This document shows, piece after piece, positions 63,703 to 64,000 of a stretch of 64,000 nucleotides of DNA. The notes below the pieces were generated by a model, which was not told the DNA's origin, made no database searches, and saw only the letters and a list, made by a program, of their open reading frames with translations. Origin of the DNA: Chloroflexota bacterium (GTDB lineage Bacteria; Chloroflexota; Anaerolineae; Anaerolineales; UBA11858); assembly GCA_018648225.1 (NCBI GenBank), contig JABGRQ010000073.1, forward strand, positions 26,064-90,063, written 5' to 3'. The position numbers and the translations under genes were made by a program. Position 1 is the stretch's first letter. Every line of letters starts with the position of its first letter.

Positions 63703-64000
63703 TAGGAATTTCCTTAATTGGTATTCGCACTTAATACTCTCTACCTCGATAAAGGTTCAAAAAATCACTCAAAGGACCACCATCAGGGAAACACCAAGAA
63801 CCTATTTCTTATTCTGTAAACAGAATTAAACATTATCCTTACGCATCTGTCAAATATATCCACTGTCATTACGAGCCGGAGGATGATCTCGTTCGCTAGT
63901 GCTTCTTGCAATGACCTGTTTTTAGTAGAAATCATCGTCTTCTTCACCATAACGCATACGAATATATGATTCATAACGCTCAAAATGGACAGAACCCTCT

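Noticed and set aside
63857-63907. GTCATTACGAG ... CTTGCAATGAC inverted repeat near the right edge.
   Set aside because: It forms only an 11-bp stem with one mismatch and one wobble around a 29-nt loop. There is one copy in the window, and it is too weak to call.

Overview
This 64-kb window is chromosomal and mostly housekeeping, densely coded on both strands. It holds about 57 protein genes and 3 tRNAs (Ser-CGA, Arg-GCG, Gln-TTG). I found no rRNA, no CRISPR array and no transposase, integrase or phage genes. Pro/Thr-rich linkers on many exported proteins, frequent lipobox signals and the overall gene set suggest a Chloroflexota (Anaerolineae-like) genome; that is inference only. Recognisable blocks: RNase D fragment and beta-CASP RNase; a GAF/PAS histidine kinase with a REC-GAF partner; HtrA; a TPR lytic transglycosylase; infA-rpoD-S1; a USP/permease/USP/CBS cluster; a SAM-cycle cluster (mtnA, PfkB kinase, ahcY); an ABC exporter; a triple-FKBP lipoprotein; an RsmB/F-like methyltransferase; TolB-like and M23 proteins; recA; two C39-like peptidases; two DegV proteins; murJ; a BMP-family nucleoside-type ABC importer with cdd; glmU; a peptide-type ABC importer with two family-5 binding proteins; and an ECF sigma pair. 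The most unusual content is non-coding. (1) Eight intergenic imperfect hairpins have arms built from tandem ~8-nt units (NNCAAAG, CACGAAG or TTGAAAG types). (2) Four copies of a conserved box plus a long GGGGTGT-stem hairpin each lie upstream of, and co-oriented with, a gene, and three follow an extended -10 box; these are candidate sRNAs or leaders. (3) A pair of GC-rich mini-hairpins occurs once in an intergenic region and once in frame inside mtnA. Protein-level oddities include paired pseudo-receiver GAF proteins, a ParB/Srx-fold two-gene operon, recA coupled to an NBR1-like Ig lipoprotein, and a transporter surrounded by nucleotide-sensor domains. From sequence alone I could not support a clear multi-gene novel system (defence, secretion or biosynthesis), so the candidates carry modest scores. 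All coordinates and alignments were worked out by eye from the sequence and the ORF track. No database search was run.
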